A DNA stretch of 64,000 nt from positions 1 to 64,000 of the forward strand of contig CAVZJB010000006.1 of the NCBI GenBank assembly GCA_963775425.1. The letters are read 5' to 3'. A program made the translations under genes and the position numbers. This DNA is from an uncultured delta proteobacterium (lineage in GTDB: Bacteria > Myxococcota > UBA727 > VGSZ01). The notes beneath the pieces are model-generated. The model was not told the origin of the DNA. It did not search any database and worked only from the letters and a program-made list of their open reading frames with translations. Positions within the stretch are counted from its first letter, which is position 1. Each line of letters starts with the position of its first letter. Below, in pieces: positions 53,265-61,497 of the stretch.

Positions 53265-54470
53265 ATGGTCACGGCGCAGGACATCCACGACGCCAGGGCG
53301 CGGCTCGGCGACTCCATCAAGGTCACGCCGATGTTCGCGTCGGCCGCGCTCTCCGACGCCACCGGTGGGCGCGTCTCCCTCAAGCTCGAGAACCTTCAGG
53401 TCACCGGCTCGTTCAAGGCCCGCGGCGCCGGGAACAAGCTCCTCGGCCTCACCCCCGAGGAGCGCCACAGGGGCGTCGTCGCCGCGTCGGCGGGAAACCA
53501 CGCGCAGGGCGTCGCCTACCACGCGCAGCGCCTCGGCATCCCCGCCACCATCGTGATGCCGGTGTTCACCCCGCTCATCAAGGTCACGCGTACGCAGTCC
53601 TACGGGGCCCACGTCGTGCTCTTCGGCGACAACTACGACGAGAGCTTCGACGAGGCGGCGCGGCTCGCTCGAGACAAAGGCTACGTCTACGTCCACGCCT
53701 ACGACGACGACGACGTCATCGCGGGGCAGGGCACGGTGGGCTTCGAGATCGTCGAGCAGATGCCCGACGTCGACGTCGTGCTCATCCCCATCGGCGGCGG
53801 CGGCCTCGCCGCGGGCGCCGCCGTCGCCCTCAAGTCGGCCCGGCCCCAGGTGAAGATCGTGGGCGTCGAGACCGCCGTGCTGCCTTCGATGAAGCGCGCC
53901 ATCGAGGCAGGCGAGCCCGTGCGCCTCCCCGCGGCCCGCACCCTCGCCGAGGGCATCGCCGTGCGGCTCGTCGGTGAGCGCACGCTGCCCCTGTGCAGGG
54001 ACCTCCTCGACGACATCGTCCTCGTCGAGGACGACGAGATCGCCCGCGCCATCCTGCTCCTCCTCGAGCGCGACAAGACCGTCGCCGAGGGCGCCGGCGC
54101 CGCCGGCGTCGCGGCCCTCATCGGCAAGAAGCTCGACGTGCGCGGCAAGAACGTGTGCGTGCTGCTCTGCGGCGGCAACATCGACGTCAACGTGCTCTCG
54201 CGCATCATCGAGCGCGGGCTCGTGGAGACCGGCCGGCTGACGCGCCTCGAGGTGCGCATCCCCGACCGCCCCGGCGCCCTCGCCGAGATGCTCGCCGAGG
54301 TCGCCCGGTGCCGGGCCAACGTCGTCAAGGTCCACCACGAGCGCGCCTTCGTGCGCGGCGGCCTTGGGCAGGTGGGCGTGCAGCTCGTCCTGGAGACCCG
54401 CGGGCCCGCCCACGCCGCGGAGCTCATCGAGGCGCTGCGCGCGCTGGGCCACGTGCCGGAGCCCCTGTAG
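53265..54470 (+). CDS. ilvA: Threonine ammonia-lyase with C-terminal ACT domain
   Basis: LKLENLQVTGSFKARGA, ASAGNHAQG, AGQGT, PIGGGGL, EGAGAA, GGNID, PDRPGAL. Confidence 0.93.
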   Translation: MVTAQDIHDARARLGDSIKVTPMFASAALSDATGGRVSLKLENLQVTGSFKARGAGNKLLGLTPEERHRGVVAASAGNHAQGVAYHAQRLGIPATIVMPVFTPLIKVTRTQSYGAHVVLFGDNYDESFDEAARLARDKGYVYVHAYDDDDVIAGQGTVGFEIVEQMPDVDVVLIPIGGGGLAAGAAVALKSARPQVKIVGVETAVLPSMKRAIEAGEPVRLPAARTLAEGIAVRLVGERTLPLCRDLLDDIVLVEDDEIARAILLLLERDKTVAEGAGAAGVAALIGKKLDVRGKNVCVLLCGGNIDVNVLSRIIERGLVETGRLTRLEVRIPDRPGALAEMLAEVARCRANVVKVHHERAFVRGGLGQVGVQLVLETRGPAHAAELIEALRALGHVPEPL

Positions 54471-54476
54471 CCGTAT

Positions 54477-54499
54477 GCCCGCACGCGGGCTTGTTTTTT
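54477..54499 (+). terminator. Probable Rho-independent terminator after ilvA
   Basis: GCCCG-CACG-CGGGC hairpin followed by TTGTTTTTT. Confidence 0.55.
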
Positions 54500-54524
54500 C
54501 CCCTGGGGTCACTAGCGTTCGTCC

Positions 54525-55631
54525 ATGACCCGAACCCTCCTGTTCGCCGCGCCGGCTTTGGCCGCTGCGGCTCTCGCCGTCGCCGGCTGCCAGACCTCCG
54601 AGAAGGCCGCCGCCGTCAGCCCCGTCGCCGCCGCCGGCCACGCCGTCGACTGCAACGGCGCCTCCCTCGCCCTCGCCGACGACGCCGTCGTCGGCAAGCT
54701 CGACGGCAAGGCCATCACCTTCAAGGACCTCGGGGACGAGGCCAAGAACGCGGAGAAGAAGGCGCTGTACGAGTACTGCGACGCCGTCTCCTCGTCGCGC
54801 AACACGGCGCTCGACAACTACGTGACGCAAAAGCTCATCGACAAGGCCGCCGCCGCCGCCGGCAAGGACAGCGACGACTGGATGCGCGCCGAGGTGCAAA
54901 AGCGGGTCCCCACGCCGTCCGATGATCAGATGCGCGCGTTTTACGAGGAGAACAAGCGCGAGGGCATGCCGCCGTTCGAACAGATCGACGACAAGCTGAA
55001 GAGCCAGGTCTCCATGGTCATGCAGCGCGACAAGACCCAGGACGCCATGCGCGACATCCTCGAGAGCTTGAACAAGGGCGTGAACGTCGAGCGCACGCTG
55101 CCCGACGTCCGCTCGCCGCCGCGCGACGTCGACATCACCACCCACACCGCCACCAAGGGCACGGGCAAGGTCAAGGTCGTCGAGTTCGCCGACTTCCAGT
55201 GCCCCTACTGCAGCCGCGCGGCCAAGGAGGTGCACAAGCTCACCGAGAAGTACGGCGACAAGATCGAGTTCGCGTACCGGAACTTCCCGCTGCGCTCCAT
55301 CCATCCGTTCGCGCAGCACGCCGCCGAGGTCGGCCAGTGCGCGTTCGCGCAAGGCAAGTTCTGGGAGATGTCGGACAAGATGTACGGCGACCAGGACAAG
55401 CTCGACGACGACTCGCTGCACGCGGCTGCCAAGGACATCGGCCTCGACGTCGCCAAGCTCGACGCGTGCCTGAGCTCGGGCCAGGGCGCCAAGGAGGTCC
55501 AGGACGACGTGCAGAAGGCCGAGGACCTCGGCGTCGAGGGCACGCCCACCTTCTTCGTCAACGGCCGACAGCACCTGGGTGCTCCCACCGCCGAGGGCTT
55601 GTCCGCGGCCATCGACGCCGAGCTCAAGTGA
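54525..55631 (+). CDS. DsbA/BdbD-like thioredoxin-fold lipoprotein
   Basis: Lipobox VAGC; EFADFQCPYC, RNFPL..IH, GVEGTPTFFVNG. Confidence 0.9.
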   Translation: MTRTLLFAAPALAAAALAVAGCQTSEKAAAVSPVAAAGHAVDCNGASLALADDAVVGKLDGKAITFKDLGDEAKNAEKKALYEYCDAVSSSRNTALDNYVTQKLIDKAAAAAGKDSDDWMRAEVQKRVPTPSDDQMRAFYEENKREGMPPFEQIDDKLKSQVSMVMQRDKTQDAMRDILESLNKGVNVERTLPDVRSPPRDVDITTHTATKGTGKVKVVEFADFQCPYCSRAAKEVHKLTEKYGDKIEFAYRNFPLRSIHPFAQHAAEVGQCAFAQGKFWEMSDKMYGDQDKLDDDSLHAAAKDIGLDVAKLDACLSSGQGAKEVQDDVQKAEDLGVEGTPTFFVNGRQHLGAPTAEGLSAAIDAELK

Positions 55632-55635
55632 GCGG

Positions 55636-57702
55636 ATGAGCGACGCCGGCCGCGCCGCCGACGACGCCTCCGCCGACGCTCCCGTGCGCCGGCGGGTCTC
55701 CCGTCGCCTGGCTTTCATCGCCGGTTGCGCCGCGCTGTTCATCGGGGCGCTCGCGTTCGTGCTCCTCGCGCCGCTCGAGAAGGCCACGGTGGAGCGCGTG
55801 GCCTCCGAGCAGATCGGCCTGCTCGCCGAGGGCGTCGCCGCGACGTACCAGGTCACCCAAGCGCCGGCGTCGACGGCGCCGGGCGACGATGTGACGAACC
55901 AGGAGGAGCCGCACGCCGAGCGCGAGCGCAAGGACGCCGGACATCGGGCCGCCGAGATCCTCGAGCAGCTCAAGCACGCCGAGAGCGTCGCCTGGATCGA
56001 CGTGCTCGACCACGACGGCGTCGTCCGCCAGACCACGCAGCCCGATCACCTCGGGCAGAAGCGCCCCGTGCCCCAGACGCTGCGGAGCGCGTCGCTCGTC
56101 CACGACGAGCTCGTCGTCAGCTACGCCATGCCCTTCACCCGGGCCTGCGTGCGCTGTCACGAGGCCAAGGACGATCCGCTCGGCGTGGTGCAGGTCGCGG
56201 TCAACCGCGACGTCGCCTTCCGGAGCCTCCAGCGCTTCCACCTGTTCTACGCGGCGGCGGTCTTCTTCGCGTTCGCCGTCCTCGTCGTCCTCGTCGCCGT
56301 CATCGCCAACCGCATGGTGGCCCGGCCCGTGTTCAAGCTCGCGCGGCTGATGAAGAAGGCGGAGCACGGCGACTTCCTCGTGCGCGCGCGCGTCGAGGGC
56401 GACGACGAGCTCGGCCAGCTCGCGCGCGCCTTCAACTCCATGCTGCGGGCCATCACCACGTTGAAGGCGAGCGAGATCGAGCGCGAGCTTGCGCTCAAGA
56501 GCGCCGAGGCGGAGCTGACGATGAAGTCGCAGCTCCAGGACGTCGCCGAGAGGCTCCAGCAATCGAACGCGGCGTTGCAGCGGCGCGTGCAGGCCCAGGG
56601 CCTCCTGATGGAGGCCGCGCACCGCCTGGGCAGCACCCTCGACAAGAGCGCCCTCGTCGAGCGCCTCGCGCGCGTGGTCGCCGACAACCTCGGCCGCCCG
56701 GACTTCGCCGTGTACCTCGTGAAGGAAGACGAGGACGGCGAGGCCGTGCTCGAGGTGCAAAACGCCGCCGGCGCCCTCGACGTCGCCGAGGTGCGGGCCG
56801 CGCGCTTCAAGGTCGGCGACGGCGTCGCGGGCCTCGTCGCCGACACCGGCGCCCCCGTCCTCGTCGGCGACCTCACGGACCCGCCGCCGAACCTGGTGCG
56901 CCTGCGGGAGCACAAGGAGCCGTTTCCGCGCGAGGGCTCGCTGCTCGTGGTCCCCATGCTGCACAAGGGGCGCGTGGTGGGCGTGCTCGCGTTCTATGCG
57001 CCGACGGCCAAGGCGTTCGACGCCGACGACACCGCGCTGTTGCAGGCGCTCGGGGCGCAGGCGGCCATGGCCGTGGTGAACGCCGACCTCTACCAGACCA
57101 CCCTCGAGCTCTCGGTCACCGACACGCTCACCGAGCTCATGAACCGGCGCGCGCTGAACCGCATCCTCGACGCGGAGCTCGTCCGGGCGCAGCGCTTCGG
57201 GACGCCGCTCGTGGTGCTCATGCTCGATGTCGATCACTTCAAGCAATACAACGATCGCATGGGCCACCTCCTCGGCGACGAGGCGCTGCGGGCGGTGGCG
57301 TTCGCGCTGGCGTCGTCGGTGCGCAAGGTGGACGCGGTGGCGCGCTTCGGCGGCGAGGAGTTCTGCGTGGTGCTCCCGCGCACCGAAGAGCAGTCGGGGC
57401 TCGACGTCGCCGACAAGCTGCTCAAGGCCGTGCGCGCCCTGACCGTGCCGGGGGCGGACAACCAGCCCCTTGGCTGCATGAGCATCAGCGTGGGCGTGGC
57501 TGTGTACCCGGTGGACATGCCCCCGGCAATCGACGGCTCCCCCGTCGACGTCATCCTCGACGCCGCCGACAAGGCCGCCTACGAGGCCAAGCGCCGCGGC
57601 CGAAACCGCGTGGTGACGGCCGGGGACGTCTCGGGGCGGCCGCGCAAGCCCAAGCTGGACGAGCCGGCGCTCGGCGAAAAGACGACCAAGCTCCTGTCGT
57701 GA
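55636..57702 (+). CDS. Diguanylate cyclase (periplasmic CxxCH sensor, HAMP, GAF, GGDEF)
   Basis: Two TM helices, ACVRCH, DELGQLA.AFN, GAF, TD.LT.L.NRR, DVDHFK.YND..GH..GD, RFGGEEF. Confidence 0.93.
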   Translation: MSDAGRAADDASADAPVRRRVSRRLAFIAGCAALFIGALAFVLLAPLEKATVERVASEQIGLLAEGVAATYQVTQAPASTAPGDDVTNQEEPHAERERKDAGHRAAEILEQLKHAESVAWIDVLDHDGVVRQTTQPDHLGQKRPVPQTLRSASLVHDELVVSYAMPFTRACVRCHEAKDDPLGVVQVAVNRDVAFRSLQRFHLFYAAAVFFAFAVLVVLVAVIANRMVARPVFKLARLMKKAEHGDFLVRARVEGDDELGQLARAFNSMLRAITTLKASEIERELALKSAEAELTMKSQLQDVAERLQQSNAALQRRVQAQGLLMEAAHRLGSTLDKSALVERLARVVADNLGRPDFAVYLVKEDEDGEAVLEVQNAAGALDVAEVRAARFKVGDGVAGLVADTGAPVLVGDLTDPPPNLVRLREHKEPFPREGSLLVVPMLHKGRVVGVLAFYAPTAKAFDADDTALLQALGAQAAMAVVNADLYQTTLELSVTDTLTELMNRRALNRILDAELVRAQRFGTPLVVLMLDVDHFKQYNDRMGHLLGDEALRAVAFALASSVRKVDAVARFGGEEFCVVLPRTEEQSGLDVADKLLKAVRALTVPGADNQPLGCMSISVGVAVYPVDMPPAIDGSPVDVILDAADKAAYEAKRRGRNRVVTAGDVSGRPRKPKLDEPALGEKTTKLLS

Positions 57703-57713
57703 CGTTTCGAGGC

Positions 57714-57916
57714 GTAGGGCGGGGGCTTGTCCCCCGCTTGCACGCGCCCTTGGCTCCGCTCTGGCCGGCACGAGGGACGCACGAGGCTGCCTCGCTCAAC
57801 CGGGGCAAGCCGGGAGCGAAAGCGTAGGGCGGGGGCTTGTCCCCCGCTTGCACGCGCCCTGGCTCCGCTCTGGCCGGCACGAGGGACGCCTCGAAGCGTA
57901 GGCGGGCTTGACCGCC
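57714..57916 (+). repeat. REP-like repeat array (two ~65-bp units plus a partial third)
   Basis: GTAGGGCGGGGGCTTGTCCCCCGCTTGCACGCGCCCT(T)GGCTCCGCTCTGGCCGGCACGAGGGACGC at 57714 and 57824. Confidence 0.85.
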
Positions 57917-58131
57917 TCGGCGGCACGAAGACCCGCGCCAGGTCCGCGCCACGCCGTCACAACGCCACCACGGCCCGGCCGGGCGCACCAGCGCCGCGCC
58001 GTCAGAACGCCACGCCGGCCCGGGGCGCGGGGCCGCACCGTTCCGCGTCGGCGCCCGCTGACGGGCGCGGCAGCCCGCCGGGGGCTTGTTCCCCCGCGTC
58101 GGAACGACCCGGCGCCGTGACGTCCGCTCCG

Positions 58132-58171
58132 GTCCTCGTGTCCTCGTGTCCTCGTGTCCTCGTGTCCTCGT
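58132..58171. repeat. Short tandem repeat (GTCCTCGT) x5
   Basis: gtcctcgt repeated five times downstream of the four-helix-bundle gene. Confidence 0.85.
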
Positions 58172-58268
58172 TCTGGTCGGGCGTTCGGTCTCTCCCGCAG
58201 CTCTCCCATCGCCGCTCCCGGATCGATCGCGCGGCGAAGCTCCGAAGAGCTCCGCCGCCCAGCGGCCA

Positions 58269-58566
58269 TCAGCGGTACAGCCGCAGCATCGCGCACAGGT
58301 GATTGCAGTGCTCCTTGATGGCCGCCTGCTGCTCAGGCGCGATGACGCCGAAGTCCTCGGCGACGTCCGCGATGGCGCTGACCTCGGCGGCGCTCCCGGA
58401 AGCAATGCGGAAGTAGCGCGCGCCCTCGCAGAAGCTCAAGGTCACCGACGACGAAGCGCGGCGAAGCTGGTCCTTCAGGTTGCTGAACGGCATGCGCCGG
58501 ATGAGCGAGGCAGCCTCGCGGTTGAGCGCGCGCGAGGTGACGTAGATGCGGGAGGCTCGTGCTCAT
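58269..58566 (-). pseudogene. Four-helix-bundle (23S rRNA IVS / Avd-like) protein, disrupted
   Basis: RIY...NLKDQLRRASSSV.LS..EG, YF.IA.GSA.EV. The ATG at 58566 is out of frame by one base, and the segment normally found between EG and RYF appears deleted. Confidence 0.75.
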
Positions 58567-58618
58567 GGCCTGATCTCGCAGAAAGCACGAAGCGCTTGAG
58601 GGCCCCACGTCGGTCCGT

Positions 58619-58738
58619 CCCGGCCAGAGCGGAGCCAAGGGCGCGTGGAAGCGGGGGACAAGCCCCCGCCCTGCGCTTCGCGGCGTCCCTCCCGGCCAGA
58701 GCGGAGCCAGGGCGCGTGGAAGCGGGGGACAAGCCCCC
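58619..58738 (-). repeat. REP-like repeat array, inverted relative to 57714-57916
   Basis: CCGGCCAGAGCGGAGCCA(A)GGGCGCGTGGAAGCGGGGGACAAGCCCCC twice. Confidence 0.85.
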
Positions 58739-58903
58739 AAAAAGGGGGAGCGGCGGCGGAGCCGGCCGCCGCAGTCCGCTTCGGGCCGCGCCACCCTGGC
58801 CCGACCCGATGCTCGCGGCCCCGCGCGAAGCGCGCAACGCATACAGCCTGCGCGGGCGCTCGATTGCGCTACAGTGTCTTTGTCCCCTGGAGAACGTCCT
58901 CGC

Positions 58904-59764
58904 ATGGATCCCGTGATCGCGGTGGTGATGGTCGTGGTGGCAGGCACGGTCGCCGTGTACGGGCCCATCGCGGCAGGCAGTTGGTTGATGCGCAAGGGCA
59001 AGCTGCGCGAGGCCTGGCGCGTGGAGCCCAACCAATTGCCGCCGCGCAAGCGGATGCAGTTCGCGCGCTTGCTCTTCCAGGAGGCCGTGCGCGCGCACCA
59101 GGCGGGCGATCACAACCGCGCGGCCGAGACCTGCCGCCGCGTGCTGCGCTTCGAGAGCGACGACCCGCAGGCCTCGCGCCTGCTCGTCGCCAGCCTCTTC
59201 GCCGGCGGCCGCTTCGACGAGGCGCGCGACGCCCTGGAGCGGCACCTGCAAGCCAACCCCGCCGACGAGGCGGCCAAGCTCGTGCCCGCCGCCATCTACT
59301 GCGAGAAGGGCGACCTCGTCAGCGCGCGCGAGGCCCTGGACGCCATCGACCCGCAGAAGCTCCCCACCGCCGACCGCGCGTTGTGGTTCAACAACTACGC
59401 GTTCACGTTGTCGGGGCTCAAGATCGACCTCGACCTCGCCAAGGAGTACGGCGAGAAGGCCCTGCAGCTCGCGTCGCAGGCGGACCGGCAGTTCGCGCTG
59501 CGCACCCTCGGCGTCGTCCACCTCGCGAGGAAGGAGCCCGAGATGGCCATCGAGCGCCTCGACACGGCGCTGCGCGAGCGGCAGCACCTGCGGCCCGGCG
59601 ACATCGAGTTCACCCGCTACCACCTCGCGCGCGCCTACATCGACCTCGGCAAGGACCGCGAGGCGCGCAGCCAGCTCGCGCTCATCGAGAGCGGGAAGAC
59701 GCTGTACGCCGACAAGGCGCGCAAGCTGATGCGCGAGCTCTCCGTCGGCCAGGCGGCCGCGTAG
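58904..59764 (+). CDS. Membrane-anchored tetratricopeptide repeat protein
   Basis: N-terminal TM helix; TPRs including NNYAF.L, TLG.V.L, YHLARAY..LG. Confidence 0.85.
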   Translation: MDPVIAVVMVVVAGTVAVYGPIAAGSWLMRKGKLREAWRVEPNQLPPRKRMQFARLLFQEAVRAHQAGDHNRAAETCRRVLRFESDDPQASRLLVASLFAGGRFDEARDALERHLQANPADEAAKLVPAAIYCEKGDLVSAREALDAIDPQKLPTADRALWFNNYAFTLSGLKIDLDLAKEYGEKALQLASQADRQFALRTLGVVHLARKEPEMAIERLDTALRERQHLRPGDIEFTRYHLARAYIDLGKDREARSQLALIESGKTLYADKARKLMRELSVGQAAA

Positions 59765-59770
59765 CTCGGG

Positions 59771-60236
59771 TCACGGGCGCAGCGACGTGATGCGCGCCCG
59801 GCATCGCAGGGTCAGCCGGGCGCGGCGTGGCACGTCTTCGCCGGCGGCGTACCAGGTGATGTCGTCGTCGAGGGCCAGTTGCGCGTGCTCGTCGTCGACG
59901 CTCTCGACGGCGAGCTGCAACGTGTGCTCGGGCGCGAGATCGTCGCCGTAGGTGAGGTACCCATCTTTGCCGTCGAGGAAGAACGTGGCCTCGTCTCCCT
60001 CGACGTCAGGCATCACGGCGAGCCGCCTGCCCACGAGAATCGCTCGCGTGTCTCGGCGCAGGTGTCACCGTGCCGTGCACCTCAATCCCGTAGAGCGCGA
60101 GCCCCGGTGGCCCGTGCGACTCCGTGGTCTTACCGACGAGCTCGAAGCCGGCCGTGGCCGAAGCGCAACGAAAGAACCCGAGCTCGAGGTCGGAGAGCGT
60201 CCACTGGTGCGTCCCGATGGTGAGCGTCCCGCGCAT
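59771..60236 (-). pseudogene. Hypothetical protein split by one extra base at about 60038
   Basis: ORFs 60006-60236 and 59771-60034 join into one 154-aa ORF if GATTC (minus strand, 60037-60041) is read as GATC. Confidence 0.6.
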
Positions 60237-60293
60237 GGGCGGAGCCTACGCTGCCTACGCGCCGAGCCGTCGGACGGATCGCGCCATGCGCAG

Positions 60294-61466
60294 TCAAAGG
60301 CGCGTCGCGCGACGACGGAACCAGAGCGCGCCGAGCAGCAGCGCCAGCGACGCCGTCGACGACGGGGCGGCGCCGCAGGCGGCGGTGATGCTCGTGACAG
60401 AGAAGCGCTCGCCTTCGATGGAGGCGGCGGCCTGCTGGCCGGCGAGGCGCGCGACGACGTCGTGCGGCGGCGGCAGCTCCCGCGGGTTCGGCGGCGGCGG
60501 CGCGACGTCGAACTGGAGCACGTCGCCTTGACGCGGCGGCTGGGGGTCGAGATCGCTGGCCGTGTCGACGAGGACGGCGCCGTCGACGCTCCACGTCACG
60601 GGCGCGCCGAAGACCGGCTCCGTCCCCAGGAGCACGTGCGCCACCACCGAACCGGTGCCGTCGACCGCGTCGCCCTCGTCCAGCACGAGGTCCGTCACCT
60701 CGTCCTCCGCCACCGGCACCACGTGCACGCTCAGCTCCGCCGAGCCCGCGGCGAGCGTGACGTCGGTGGGCGCGTCGCCGCCCGGGCCCGTGCCGCCCGG
60801 CGCGAGCGCGAGCTCCACCGCGTTCCTCACGGCGTCGCAGGTGTCGGCGGCGCAACCGACGCCGCTCCTCGTCGACAGCAGCGCGTCGGCGGCCGCCGTG
60901 GCGGTCACCGCCTGCAGGCCGACAATCTCGTGGTGGTCGCGCTCGAGCGTGGTGCGGAACGCCGCCTTGCTTTCCTCGACGATGCGCACGTTCGCGAGGT
61001 CCACGGCGGGCAGCTCGATCTGCGGCGTGTCCGGCGCCGTCACCGACAGCGTCATGGCGTCGGCGTCGACGACGGTGAGCGCGCGCGTGGCGAGGGCGCC
61101 GCCGTCCTTGGTCGTGAAGGTGAGCGTGCCGTCGCCGGCGTCGCCGGTGAGCACCGCGAACGAGAGCACGCCGTCCTTGCGCTCGACGTCGGTGTCGGGA
61201 TCGATGCGGAGCGCGCCGTCCGCCGCGGGGTCGGCGATGGCGTCGACGCCCGAAAAGGCGCTGGTGGACCGCACGCGCAGCGGGACCTGCGCGTGCGAGG
61301 CGTACGTGTGCAGCGCGTCGGCCGTGGGCGCGTCGTCGGGCTGAAAGACGTCGTAGACGACGACGGGGTCGCCGCAGCCGGCGCCCGCGGCGACGGCGCA
61401 CACCGCGGCGAGCGCGCGTGCCGCCGACGGGGCGCGGACGGGAGCGCGGCGGCGCTCGGTGGGCAT
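60294..61466 (-). CDS. Lipoprotein with MYXO-CTERM-like tail
   Basis: AGGAGGAG RBS; lipobox GAGC; C-terminus ACGAA...LALLLGALWFRRR. Confidence 0.75.
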   Translation of the reverse strand: MPTERRRAPVRAPSAARALAAVCAVAAGAGCGDPVVVYDVFQPDDAPTADALHTYASHAQVPLRVRSTSAFSGVDAIADPAADGALRIDPDTDVERKDGVLSFAVLTGDAGDGTLTFTTKDGGALATRALTVVDADAMTLSVTAPDTPQIELPAVDLANVRIVEESKAAFRTTLERDHHEIVGLQAVTATAAADALLSTRSGVGCAADTCDAVRNAVELALAPGGTGPGGDAPTDVTLAAGSAELSVHVVPVAEDEVTDLVLDEGDAVDGTGSVVAHVLLGTEPVFGAPVTWSVDGAVLVDTASDLDPQPPRQGDVLQFDVAPPPPNPRELPPPHDVVARLAGQQAAASIEGERFSVTSITAACGAAPSSTASLALLLGALWFRRRATRL

Positions 61467-61497
61467 GGCTCTCCTCCTGGTTTGGCTATAAGGGCGC

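Noticed and set aside
58269-58566. Diversity-generating retroelement (Avd-like gene)
   Set aside because: No reverse transcriptase or template/variable repeat pair with adenine-specific mismatches is visible, and the gene is disrupted.
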